Counted from the first letter of the stretch, positions 1 to 9,121 are shown. The stretch: 16,394 nt of DNA from Octopus sinensis (GCF_006345805.1 NW_021825169.1:1-16394), one strand, 5' to 3'. A program made the numbers and translations. The notes: a model not told the origin generated them from the sequence alone.

Positions 1-76
1 AGTAGTTATGGGAGTGGTGGTACAACAACAATACGTTTCGACGTATGCAATGAGGCGATGTTTCGTGTATTTCTCT

Positions 77-489
77 CTATATATATATATGGGTGTATGT
101 ATATATGTGTATATATAAGTGTGTGTGTGTGTATGTGTGTCTATACGTAAATATATATATATGCTTGTGTGTATGTGTATGCGTTTATGTTTTCTATATG
201 GCTTATGTATGCGTCTGCGTGTATTTATAAGTTTATTTCTCTCTCTTTCTCACTCCCTCACTCTCTCTCACTACATATATATATGTATTTATTCATATAT
301 CTGTATGCGCATATATACTTTTTGCACACATAGACGCACACATACATACATACATACATACATGTACGTAATTTTATAAGTGTGTGTGAGTGCAAAAGAA
401 CCAGTGTGGCGTATATGTGTTTATGACTTTCAAATATACATTACTACAAGGTCTAAATACTGTTTGATACACACACACAAACACACACA

Positions 490-535
<46 letters not shown>

Positions 536-686
536 GTGTGTATTTGTGTGTATGTGTGCGTGTGTGTAGATATATATATTATTTTATACATATGTATTAG
601 TAGATCTACCAGCAGTTACATATGCAAAGAAACGGACGTACCCATATGAATGCACAGTCATATGTATATATATATATATATATATA
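77..686. repeat. Compound (TA)n/(TG)n/(CA)n microsatellite tract
   Basis: Runs of TA, TG and CA dinucleotides are directly visible; ORFs 119..379 and 380..649 are low-complexity read-throughs. Confidence 0.95.
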
Positions 687-1096
687 TAAATTGATCAAAA
701 TAAAATAAAAAATGATGCGAAGGATTCAGCGGTACATATGTTCGGGCCTTTATTAGACAGATTTATAACAATGCATAATGTATGTCTGTGGCCTTCTTCA
801 GCCGCGCACAACAGCTCCACAAGGACATGTGTTACATCAAAAATTCTGGTTGGGATGCGAATCCTCTCATTCGCGTACGACATAAGCGGCAGCAGCATAG
901 AATTGAAGCGTCCATCTCCTTCTTCTTCAATGTAGAATGAGGAAAACTGGATGTTGAGGTAATGAAATAAATAAACATATATAGACGTGAAGATGGAGGG
1001 GCGAGAATTCGGGACCAGGGATAACAAATGTATAAAAGGTGTAAGTATAGAAAAATATAAAAATGTAGAGCATAAAGATATAAAGAGTTATAAGGA
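687..1096 (-). repeat. Left inverted arm (inverted pseudo-LTR copy)
   Basis: Reverse complement of 4548-4964. By hand comparison the two arms differ by about a dozen small indels and no substitutions. Homology stops at 1096, exactly where the RT sequence (IGRLSKTILDK) begins. Confidence 0.95.
729..805 (-). ncRNA. Inverted copy of the hammerhead; core reads GAAC instead of GAAAC
   Basis: Reverse complement of 4844-4921 lacking one A of the conserved GAAA. This is either an inactivating deletion or a sequencing error. Confidence 0.65.
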
Positions 1097-2967
1097 TATC
1101 GGCAGACTTAGCAAGACTATCCTGGACAAGGTGATCCCACACATCAAACCCCACATCCCACTCCAACTATGGATTAACACCGACGATGTGCTAGAATGGT
1201 TTAACACTATCACCAATAGGCCCGACTACTCATTCATCCAATTCGACATAGCTAGCTACTACGCCAGTATATCCCCCATCTTACTTAACAAATCCCTTAT
1301 ATTTGCCCGCAACCTTTCACTCATAGACAGAGAAAAAATTGACATAATACTATTAGCTAGAAAAACCATAATAGAATTCGACGGTAGACTCTGGACCAGA
1401 TCCGATACCCCCGACAATTTCGATGTGGCTATGGGCTCCAGCGATTCAGCTCAGGTGACTGACCTGGTCGGGGCCTACCTGCTCAAGAAGCTTTTCTCCG
1501 AGGTACCGGATCTTCAGGGGGGTCTATACAGAGACGACGCTCTCTTCATATATCCCACCAACAATAGGAGTAAACTAGAAAGAATTAGGAAAAAGATCAG
1601 GCTTTTTTTCAAATCCTTCAATCTTAAACTAGAATTTATGACCAATACTAAAATAGTAAACTTCTTAGATGTTACGTTAGATTTGAATAAGCACCTTCAC
1701 CACCCGTATAGGAAACCCGAAGAGACTACCAAATACATCCATACCTCTTCCAACCATCCACCTGTATAATTAGCACCACGGTCCAAGCCATCTCAGACAG
1801 ACTGACAAAACTATCCTCTAATAGAGAAATTTTCAATAATCATGCACAACACTACAACCAGGCTCTCTATAGTGCCGGGTATAACCAGAGAATATCATAT
1901 GTAGACCACCCGGGAGCGTCCGTCGGCCATAAAACTCCCAATTATAATCGAACTCAGCACTCAACTCACACTAGCGATAATTCTAATTTAAACTCCAAAC
2001 AACGTATAGGAAATAGGCGAACTAATAGAATAGCACACAATAGTAACCCTCCCGACGAAAGCAATATAGATCCTATTAGGAGAAATAGAAGGGATAATAG
2101 TAGATTACGCAAATATATATGGTTCAACATACCTTACAACTTAGCAGTTAGGGGTAAGTTATGTAAGAGAATATTCTCTATAATTTCCAACAACTTCCCA
2201 CCCACCCACCCACAAGTATAGAAGTATCTTCTCCAACAAAACTATTAGGATTTCCTACTCTACCCTGCCCAACATGAGCTGCCTCATAGCTAAACATAAC
2301 TATATTAATATTAGAACAGCTAGATCAAGAGCAAACCATAGCGACCAACAGAACCCCCTCATCTAGACAGTAGACAACATAACCAGACTGGTAGCCATAC
2401 TACCCAAACAGTTAGTAATAACACCCGCCAACACAACAGAGGAAATACTACACCCATCAACAACCAGGAGGATACCAACGCCCCCACTCGTATTGCAACA
2501 TCTCCGCCTGGATTAGCAGCACACGACCGAATAATGCAATGCAATGCAACTGCAGATGTGCATCAGAGTGCCCGCTGCAGGGCGCATGTAGGGCGAAAAA
2601 CGTAATATATTCATGTGAGGTGAGTACTCAGTTTAACACACTCACCTATATTGGTTGCTCACCTCCTGGAAATCCAGATACTACAACCACCGGTCCTCGC
2701 TGAGACACAGACATAAGGCTAACAGCACCTCCCTCTCTAAAAGAATTTGGAATTAAAAGACAAATGCATAGGCTTCAAACTCAGATGGTCCATCATCGGA
2801 TCAGCTGCACCTTATTTAAATAATAGAGCAGGATGCCAACTATGTGTGTAGAACTCCTGAACATCTTGAAATTCAAAGACAAACACAATCTTATTAACAA
2901 AAGGTCAGAGTTCAAACCATCCTGTATACACAAACTTATTAATACTTTCAAATACTACAAAGCTTAG
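1097..2967 (+). pseudogene. PLE reverse transcriptase plus GIY-YIG endonuclease ORF, frameshifted
   Basis: RT motifs FDIASYY, AMGSSDSAQVTDLVG, GLYRDDAL (YRDD 1527-1538), VNFLDVTLDL, YIHTSSNHPP. Stitched downstream frames give ISDRLTKLSSN, IWFNIPY, ISYSTLPNM, CNCRCASECPLQGAC, NVIY (from ~2599), TYIG (2644-2655), RYYNH, LSKRIW(E)LK, CQLC and LINKRSE, with stop TAG at 2965-2967. Frameshifts at ~1765, ~2200 (CCAC duplication), ~2355, ~2540 (ATGCA duplication), ~2660, ~2750 and ~2845. Confidence 0.9.
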
Positions 2968-3739
2968 GTCTTATACCAACTCCCCCATGCAATTTCCTCC
3001 CACCCGGTGCAACCTATCGGCTCCAGCACTTCCCGTTTTCCTATATGTGCGTGTATATGCGTATGTGTGTGTGTGTGTATGTATGTGTATGTGCACATAC
3101 GTGTACGTGTGTGTACATATATATATATATATACATGTGCGTGTGTGTGTGTGTGTGGGGGTGTGTGTATGTGCATATACGGTTCCCTGCATTTTCCTCC
3201 TATATATACAAATTTTGTCTCCCATATATGACTTCTTTTCCCTAAATATTTCTTCTCCTACACCCATATCCTCCCTATATAGTCTCTTTAATTCCCTATA
3301 TCTATACCCTTTCACATTTCTAACTCGGATGTTGAACGCACACCGCCAAACTCCACTTCCCACCCTTCCAATTTTCAGTTCCCCCCCGCCCGCCCCTACG
3401 TTTAACACACACCTCTAACTTTCATCTCATGTTAAATTTTACCAAATTATATTTTTATCTTATTTTATTTTATTTTTATTTTTACTTTTATTTTTACTTT
3501 ATCCTACTTCCATTATTTTTATTTTTTTTTTTACTTTTTATTCTCCTTTCTCATTTTTATTTTCATCCCTTACCTTAACTCTTATAATTTATAATTTTTA
3601 TATTTCATTTCTAACTATTACATTGTATTTCTTATTTTTATACTGTATTTTTATTTCTAATTTTACCCTTACCCACATTCTTACCCCTAACTTATCGCTT
3701 ATACCTCTATATATGTTTATTTACTTACCTATAGATCCA

Positions 3740-4235
3740 CTTTTTGACTATACGAGCGTCCGCGTACGTGTGTATACGCATACATACATATGCACGCGCA
3801 TATATGTACATGCATATTTCGATATCTTATAGCTATACCCATGTGCGCGTGTGTCTCTGTGTATGTGAGTGTATATGTGCACGCGCATACGGACACACAG
3901 CCGTGTGTGCGTGCACGTATAGACATGAGTACGTGACTGTTTACATACGTTCTTATATACATCCTTTAATATCTTATACCTAGACCTAGAGGCGTGGGCA
4001 TATACGTGTGTGTATGTAGGGATGGGCGCGTATGTACATGTGAGTGTGTACGCGTATAGTGTCCGTGTATGCATGCGGATATTCTGTTGTATGTATGTGT
4101 GTGTACGCGCGTGCGTGTGGGTGCGTGTGTGTGTTTATGTACATGTTTACACGCGAGTGCGTGTGTGTATGCTATAGGCTTGGAGGCGTATATGTACGCG
4201 TGTATGTGGGTGTATGTATCCATGATGATATGTAT
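3740..4235. repeat. Degenerate alternating purine-pyrimidine (TG/CA/CG/TA) tract inside the PLE 3' region
   Basis: Scrambled RY alternation rich in CG/GC steps; a similar shorter tract lies at ~3050-3180; T-rich tracts at ~3420-3730 and ~4400-4620. Confidence 0.8.
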
Positions 4236-4547
4236 GTACTAGAAGTCCATTTAATTCAAGAAACCAGATTAAATGCTCATCAACTCTGATTTACAACACA
4301 TTAGGTCCCCAGACGAAACTGTTGATTTACTGACAATTCTACAACTAAATTTTATCAATCTCCTGACCACCATGCTTGGTCCGTAACCTCTATACATCCC
4401 TTATCTTTACATTCTTTTACATTTTATCATGTTTTTATCATGTTTTTTTACTCTTATTTCTATTTCTATTTTAACTTTATAACCTTATGCCTTTACATTT
4501 ACTTATATTTTTTATATTTCTTTATATCCTTTATACCCCTTTACATC

Positions 4548-4964
4548 TCCTTATAACTCTTTATATCTTTATGCTTACATTTTTATATTTTCTATACTTA
4601 CACCTTTTATACATTTGTTATCCCTGGTCCCGAATTCTCGCCCCTCCATCTTCACGTCTATATATGTATTTATTTATTTACATTACCTCAACATCCAGTT
4701 TTCTCATTCTACATTGAGAGAAGAAGGAGATGGACGCTTCAATTCTATGCTGCTGCCGCATTATGTCGTACGCGAATGAGAGGATTCGCATCCCCAACCA
4801 AGAATTTTTGATGTAACACATGTCCTTGTGGAAGCTGTTGTGCGCGGCTGAAGAAGGCCACAGACATACATTATGCATTGTTATAAATCTGTCTAATAAA
4901 GGCCCGAAACATATGTACCGCTGAATCCTTCGCATCATGTTTTTATTTTATTTTGATCAATTTA
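4548..4964 (+). repeat. Right arm, 3' pseudo-LTR region of the PLE
   Basis: Matches the reverse complement of 687-1096 and contains the sense-strand hammerhead. Confidence 0.95.
4844..4921 (+). ncRNA. Type I hammerhead ribozyme (PLE-type, palindromic stem III)
   Basis: Stem I GCGG(4844-47)/CCGC(4918-21); core CTGAAGA 4848-54; stem II GGCC(4856-59)/GGCC(4901-04) with an inner AGACA/TGTCT helix; GAAAC 4906-10; palindrome ACATATGT; cleavage triplet GTA 4915-17. Confidence 0.85.
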
Positions 4965-5027
4965 CTCCACCACCTACACCACCAAACGGTATACACAGTG
5001 CTTATAATTATCAAGTACTCACCCCGA

Positions 5028-5030
<3 letters not shown>

Positions 5031-5067
<37 letters not shown>

Positions 5068-5399
5068 GTGTGTGTGTGTATCTATATGCGAATATATTAA
5101 CACGCGCACACACATATACACATATGCACAAACATGCACACACACACGCACTCACACGCATACATACACACACGCACGTATATTAGATTTACCTTATTCC
5201 AATGCGATAAAATTCAAAATTTCGACGAATGTTTACATGAGTGTATAAAAAAGTAGAGTGTAAGATATTCTTATCGCTCTTTCTTTCCTTCTCCCTGTCT
5301 CTCTCACATACATACGTACACATATACATACATATGATTGCACACGTACACATATGCATACACCAACAATTGCATAAATGTATACAAAAACATACATGC

Positions 5400-5446
<47 letters not shown>
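5031..5446. repeat. (TA)n/(TG)n/(CA)n microsatellites
   Basis: Directly visible dinucleotide runs. Confidence 0.9.
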
Positions 5447-5449
5447 AAT

Positions 5450-5780
5450 GCGCGTGGCTCAGTGGTTAGGACGTCGAGCTTACTATCGTGAGGTTGTGAG
5501 CTCGAATCCCAGACCGGGCTGGGTGTTGTGTTCTTGAGCAAGACACTTTATTTCATGTGGCACCAGTGCACTCAGCTGTAGAAATGAGTTGCGATGTCAC
5601 AGGTGCCAAGCTGTATCGGCCCCTTTGCCTTTACCTTGGATAACACTGATGGCATGGAGAGGGGAGGCCGGTATGCATGGGTGACTGCTGGTCTTCCATA
5701 AACAACCTTGCCCGGACTAGTGCCTGGGAGGGTAACATTCTAGGTTCAATCCCATGGTCAGTCATGACCGAAGGGGTCTC
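5450..5780 (+). mobile_element. tRNA-derived SINE with CORE-like central domain
   Basis: A box TGGCTCAGTGG 5455-65; B-box-like GCTCGAATCCC 5500-10; TTCTTGAGCAAGACACTT...CAGCTGTAGAAATGAG (~5530-5590) resembles the CORE-SINE domain; followed by (TA)n. Confidence 0.8.
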
Positions 5781-5784
5781 ATAT

Positions 5785-5828
<44 letters not shown>

Positions 5829-5833
5829 ATATA

Positions 5834-5872
<39 letters not shown>

Positions 5873-5910
5873 TATATATATATATATTATATACACACAC
5901 ACATTTATAT
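5781..5910. repeat. (TA)n microsatellite
   Basis: Directly visible. Confidence 0.95.
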
Positions 5911-5916
5911 GAATGT

Positions 5917-6300
5917 GGCGCAATGGGCCCAGTGGTTAGGGTAGCGGACTGGTGGTCGTAGGATGGCAGTTTCGATTTCCACACCGGGTGTTGTGAGTAT
6001 TTACTGAGCGAAAACACATAAAGCTCTACGAGGCTCCGACAGGGGTTGGTGGCAACCCTGCTGTACTCTTTCATCACAACTTTCTCACTCTTTCTTCCTG
6101 TTTCTCTTGTACCTGTATTTGAAAGGGCCAGCCTTGTCACACTCTGTCACACTCTGTGTCACGCTGTATCTTCTCCGAGAACAACGTTAAGGGTACACGT
6201 GTTTGTGGAGTGCTCAGCCACTTGCATGTTAATTTCGCAACCAGGCTGTTCCGTTGATCAGATTAACTGGAACCCTCGTCGTCGTAACCGACGGAGTGCT
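5917..6300 (+). mobile_element. tRNA-derived SINE (second family)
   Basis: tRNA-like head with A box TGGGCCCAGTGG 5924-35 and B-box-like GTTTCGATTTCC 5969-80; ~380-bp body ending ACGGAGTGC before (TA)n. Confidence 0.75.
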
Positions 6301-6326
6301 ATATATATATATATATATATATATAT

Positions 6327-6530
6327 GGGAAATTTTGTCTAGTGAATGTTTTAAAAAAGATGGGTGAATGTATTAAGGATGGCACGTGTGAATGAGGGAG
6401 CCAGTTTGAGCATAATATTATGAACCAAAAAAAGAAAAAAAACGAAAGAAAAAAGAGACCCACTTACTGTAATGTTTTTCTTTTTGCATGACACTATTGC
6501 CCAAGGTTCCCTTGGTCTTTTCCGTAAGCT
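6327..6530 (+). mobile_element. L1/Tx1-clade LINE 3' fragment (ORF2 C-terminus plus start of 3' UTR)
   Basis: Encodes EILSSECFKK/RWVNVLRMARVNEGASLSIIL*, homologous to VLSSECFKKRWVNVARMARMNDEATLNIIL* at ~15520-15613; patchy UTR similarity continues to ~6530. Confidence 0.8.
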
Positions 6531-6890
6531 TTTCTGTTCACGGATAAACCTAATCACGGATAAATCTAATGTTAGTGTCCACTTAAATTCACTAACTTAC
6601 GAGGGGCGTTCAATAAGTAATGCCCCTGACCCACTTCCCATGGCAGTAGAGCAACGAAATTTGGCACAGTTATTAGTCTTTTTCTACATAGGAACCATCC
6701 AGAGTTACGCATTTCTCCCATCGTTTGATGCAGCTCTGGAGACCGTTTTTGTAGAAGATCCCAGCTTGGTCCTCCAACCACGACGTGTCTTTAGAAATCA
6801 AGGCTGCATCATCTGGGAAACGCTTTTCTTTCAAAAACAACTTCATGGATGGGAAGAGGGGAAAATCAGAGGGAGCAAGGTCAGGAGAGT

Positions 6891-6925
6891 TGAAGGTGTT
6901 AAGGTGGTAGTATTATCTTTAAGTG
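6891..6925 (+). pseudogene. trnF: 3' half of mitochondrial tRNA-Phe (NUMT)
   Basis: GAA anticodon 6892-94, anticodon 3' stem TGTTA, 4-nt variable loop, T arm GGTA/TATC, acceptor 3' strand TTTAAGT plus G. Confidence 0.6.
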
Positions 6926-6955
6926 AGAATAAATGTTTTTTAGATTTATCAATTG

Positions 6956-7051
6956 GTGATTATCAGAGTATAAAGTAATTAATAAAGAGAAAATATAACC
7001 TTGAATAATAGCAATACCAATTTCAAAGATAAAATAACCAATTTGTACTAT
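6956..7051 (-). pseudogene. atp6: Mitochondrial ATP synthase subunit 6 C-terminal fragment (NUMT)
   Basis: Translates MVQIGYFIFEIGIAIIQGYIFSLLITLYSDNH (invertebrate mitochondrial code), matching the conserved ATP6 ExxxAxIQxYxFxLLxxLY signature. Confidence 0.85.
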
Positions 7052-8299
7052 TGATGGGGGAGGAGTTCATAACCGCACGCCTGTGCTTCTGATCTGGCGA
7101 CACGTGAGTTGTGGACCGGAGCGTTGTCCTGCAGGAGGAGGATGCCTTTGCTGATCTTGCCCCGCCTCTTGATTTTGATAGCTTCTCTTAATTTCCTCAA
7201 AAGTGAAGCATAATAGGCTCCTGTAATTGTGGTACCCTTTGCCAGGAATTCTGTCATCACTACTCCGTCCTGGTCCCAGAAGACTGTGAGCATGACCTTA
7301 CCAGCAGAGGGCTGCACCCTTGCCTTCTTTGGAGGAGGTGAGTCACGGTGAGTCACGGTGAGTCACGGTGAGTCCACTGCATTGACTGGGCTTTGGTCTC
7401 TGGATCATAGTGATGGACCCAGGTTTCATCCTGTGTAATCAGTCTTTTGAAAAATTTCGAAATTCATCCTCGAGCACTCGACGCATTCTTGCTTCTGGAA
7501 AGGTGTGAGCAACTTGGGAATCCATCTGGCAGACACCTTTTGCATATGCAAAAAGTCATGAATGATAGTTTCCACAGACCCGGTACTAATCTTGACCTCA
7601 TGGGCTATTTGGCGAATAGTTATGCGTCGATCTTCCAAAATGGCAGCCTCAACTTGACGGACAGATGCCTCATCAATGGCGGAAGGGGGGGGCGACCAGA
7701 TCTGGGAGCTGTTTCCACAGAGTTCCGACCATGTTTGAATTCACGATGCCAGCGTTTTACAAGGTCATATGATCGGGCATCATCGCCATAAGTTACTTTC
7801 ATTTCATAAAAAGATTTCCCTGCTGTGTGTCCTTTGAAATACAAAAACCGGATCACTGCTCGACACTCAACAGGCTCCATTTCACACTTGACTCAGTTCA
7901 AACACATGTAAATCAGAAACCACAATTAGTTCAGAGCTGTAATTTGCCACTTAATCTATAGGGATATAAATAGTTGCACATGCAAAATTACAGCTAGATC
8001 AAACAGCTGCAAGTGGGTCAGAGACATTACTTATTGAACGTCCCTCGTATTTCATCAAATAACTTAAGAAGTATTTTCTAAATCATTCAAGCTTATGATT
8101 TTTCATACCACGTGTGTCTATTAGCCTATCGTTTCTGTATAAGCCACATATTGGGTGTGAAATTTTATGTAAACGTCCAAATTATACATCCGAGTAATTT
8201 AGAATCATTTAGCGCCATCTTAGCATCCCATTCAAGCACCAAATTTCTTTTTATTTAATCTACATTAAGTTATCGAAAAGCAAAGTAGATTTATCGTTG

Positions 8300-8453
8300 A
8301 GTATATTTGCCACCTAAATGTGGCTGACCCATAAGAGACGATGCTACTGATGTTGTTTATAACCCCAGGAAGGCATCTCCTCCAGCTAGCTAACGACATA
8401 CTGTGTGTGTCCGATCAGTATTTGCGAAGGAAAGCCATCGTTTCCATCTCTAG
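8300..8453. repeat. ~154-bp dispersed repeat, copy 1
   Basis: About 12 substitutions versus 10116-10693 once the MITE is removed; lies immediately 3' (minus strand) of the hammerhead at 8466-8510. Confidence 0.9.
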
Positions 8454-8465
8454 CCTTACGTGATA

Positions 8466-8510
8466 CACACGGACCCGGGTTTCTGAGTAGTAATCCGTCA
8501 TCAGCGTATG
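8466..8510 (-). ncRNA. Minimal type I hammerhead ribozyme
   Basis: Minus strand reads CATACG-CTGATGA-CGGATTACTACTCA-GAAAC-CCGG-GTC-CGTGTG: 6-bp stem I (one G-U), perfect core, palindromic ACCCGGGT stem III, GUC triplet; stem II is weak. Confidence 0.8.
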
Positions 8511-8690
8511 ACAATCCCAAGCTATCTCTTTATTATAGGCACAAGGCCTGATATATAGAAGGGACATACAACGGACATGCGGGTACATAAAGGCGGATGA
8601 AAAATGATAAATGAAATGAGCGTAAATATGATGCAGGTGAGACGGCCACCTCGCTCCCGCTGCGAGATAAATCTTGAATACCGCTACAAT

Positions 8691-8776
8691 AAACTTTACA
8701 ATTAGACTTTACGATTAAACATACAATTAAACTTTAAAATTAACTTAACAATTAGACTTTACAATTAACTTTAAAA
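8691..8776. repeat. Degenerate 12-13-bp minisatellite (A(A/G)ACTTTACAATT), about 7 units
   Basis: Visible periodicity with substitutions. Confidence 0.75.
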
Positions 8777-9121
8777 CTACCTCTAGTTTCGCTACAATGC
8801 GAAACTGTGACCTTTCCATTAATTTTTTTCCTTTAATGTGTCCTTTTACAACAGAAAATTCAACTTTTTATCTTTGTTTTACGACTTTTAATTACTTGTC
8901 CATTCATCAGTTCTTTTTCCATTATTTTCTTTTTGTTTAACATAATTTACAATGTTCATGTTCTGTTTTTTTCCCTTTCGTTGTAATTTTTCCACAAATC
9001 TATCATCCTTACTTGTTTTTTCATCCTATCTCGTTATGTTTTTCCCCATGTTTCTGTTTTCCTCGATGTTTCCTTCATCTTCCATTTCCTTCTAGTTCCC
9101 TCTTCATTGTAATTCGATTCT

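Larger units (their letters stand above)
687..4964 (+). mobile_element. Penelope-like retroelement (endonuclease-containing, Neptune-like), 5'-truncated, with inverted terminal arms
   Basis: RT and GIY-YIG remnants at 1097-2967; 687-1096 is the reverse complement of 4548-4964; a hammerhead motif lies in the arms; (TA)n flanks the left end directly and the right end after a ~66-nt tail. Confidence 0.9.
6891..7052 (-). other. NUMT: mitochondrial fragment (atp6 3' end, spacer, 3' half of opposite-strand trnF) inserted in the mariner
   Basis: AT-rich insert between ELLPH and SPDLAPSD; contains an ATP6-like frame and a tRNA-Phe half in the adjacent, opposite-strand arrangement known from octopod mtDNA. 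Confidence 0.85.
6673..7880 (-). pseudogene. Mariner transposase, frameshifted and interrupted
   Basis: MEPVECRAVIRFL...GRPP, WIPKLL (WVPHEL-like motif), DETW, LLQDNAPVH, SPDLAPSD; spacing is D34D if PPY is restored; a 10-bp unit occurs three times at ~7338-7374; foreign insert at 6891-7052. Confidence 0.95.
6600..8047 (-). mobile_element. Full-length mariner DNA transposon (DD34D, irritans-like)
   Basis: 37-bp imperfect TIRs (6600-6636 and 8011-8047, 3 mismatches; CGAGGG(G/A)CGTTCAATAAGTAATG...); TA duplications at 6598-99 and 8048-49. Confidence 0.97.

Noticed and set aside
31-46. Hairpin ATACGT-TTCG-ACGTAT with GAAAC on the opposite strand
   Set aside because: No CTGANGA core nearby, the closing pair is not C-G, and it lies at the window edge; plausible by chance.
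119-649. ORFs rich in C/V/Y/I/H/T (also at 2964-3418, 3623-4289, 4937-5541, 11774-12068, 13074-13521, 13998-14731)
   Set aside because: These are translations of dinucleotide microsatellites and have no domain signal.
1485-1520. Antisense hammerhead-like string CTGAAGA-TCCG/CGGA-GAAA-AGCT-TC inside the RT
   Set aside because: Stem I cannot form (CCCC versus TTGA), and the sequence is explained by RT codons.
4279-4326. ATCAAC-T-CTGATTT...GTC-CCCA-GAC-GAAAC-T-GTTGAT, hammerhead-like
   Set aside because: The core lacks the invariant GA of CUGANGA, has a ~12-nt excess and no valid cleavage geometry; at most a decayed relic.
5450-5520. SINE heads as genuine tRNA genes (also 5917-5990)
   Set aside because: B boxes are degenerate, cloverleaves are imperfect, and they run into long SINE bodies.
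6472-6978. 168-aa plus-strand ORF
   Set aside because: It spans LINE UTR, mariner TIR, antisense transposase and NUMT, so it is an accidental open frame. ORF 7447..7791 is likewise antisense to the transposase.
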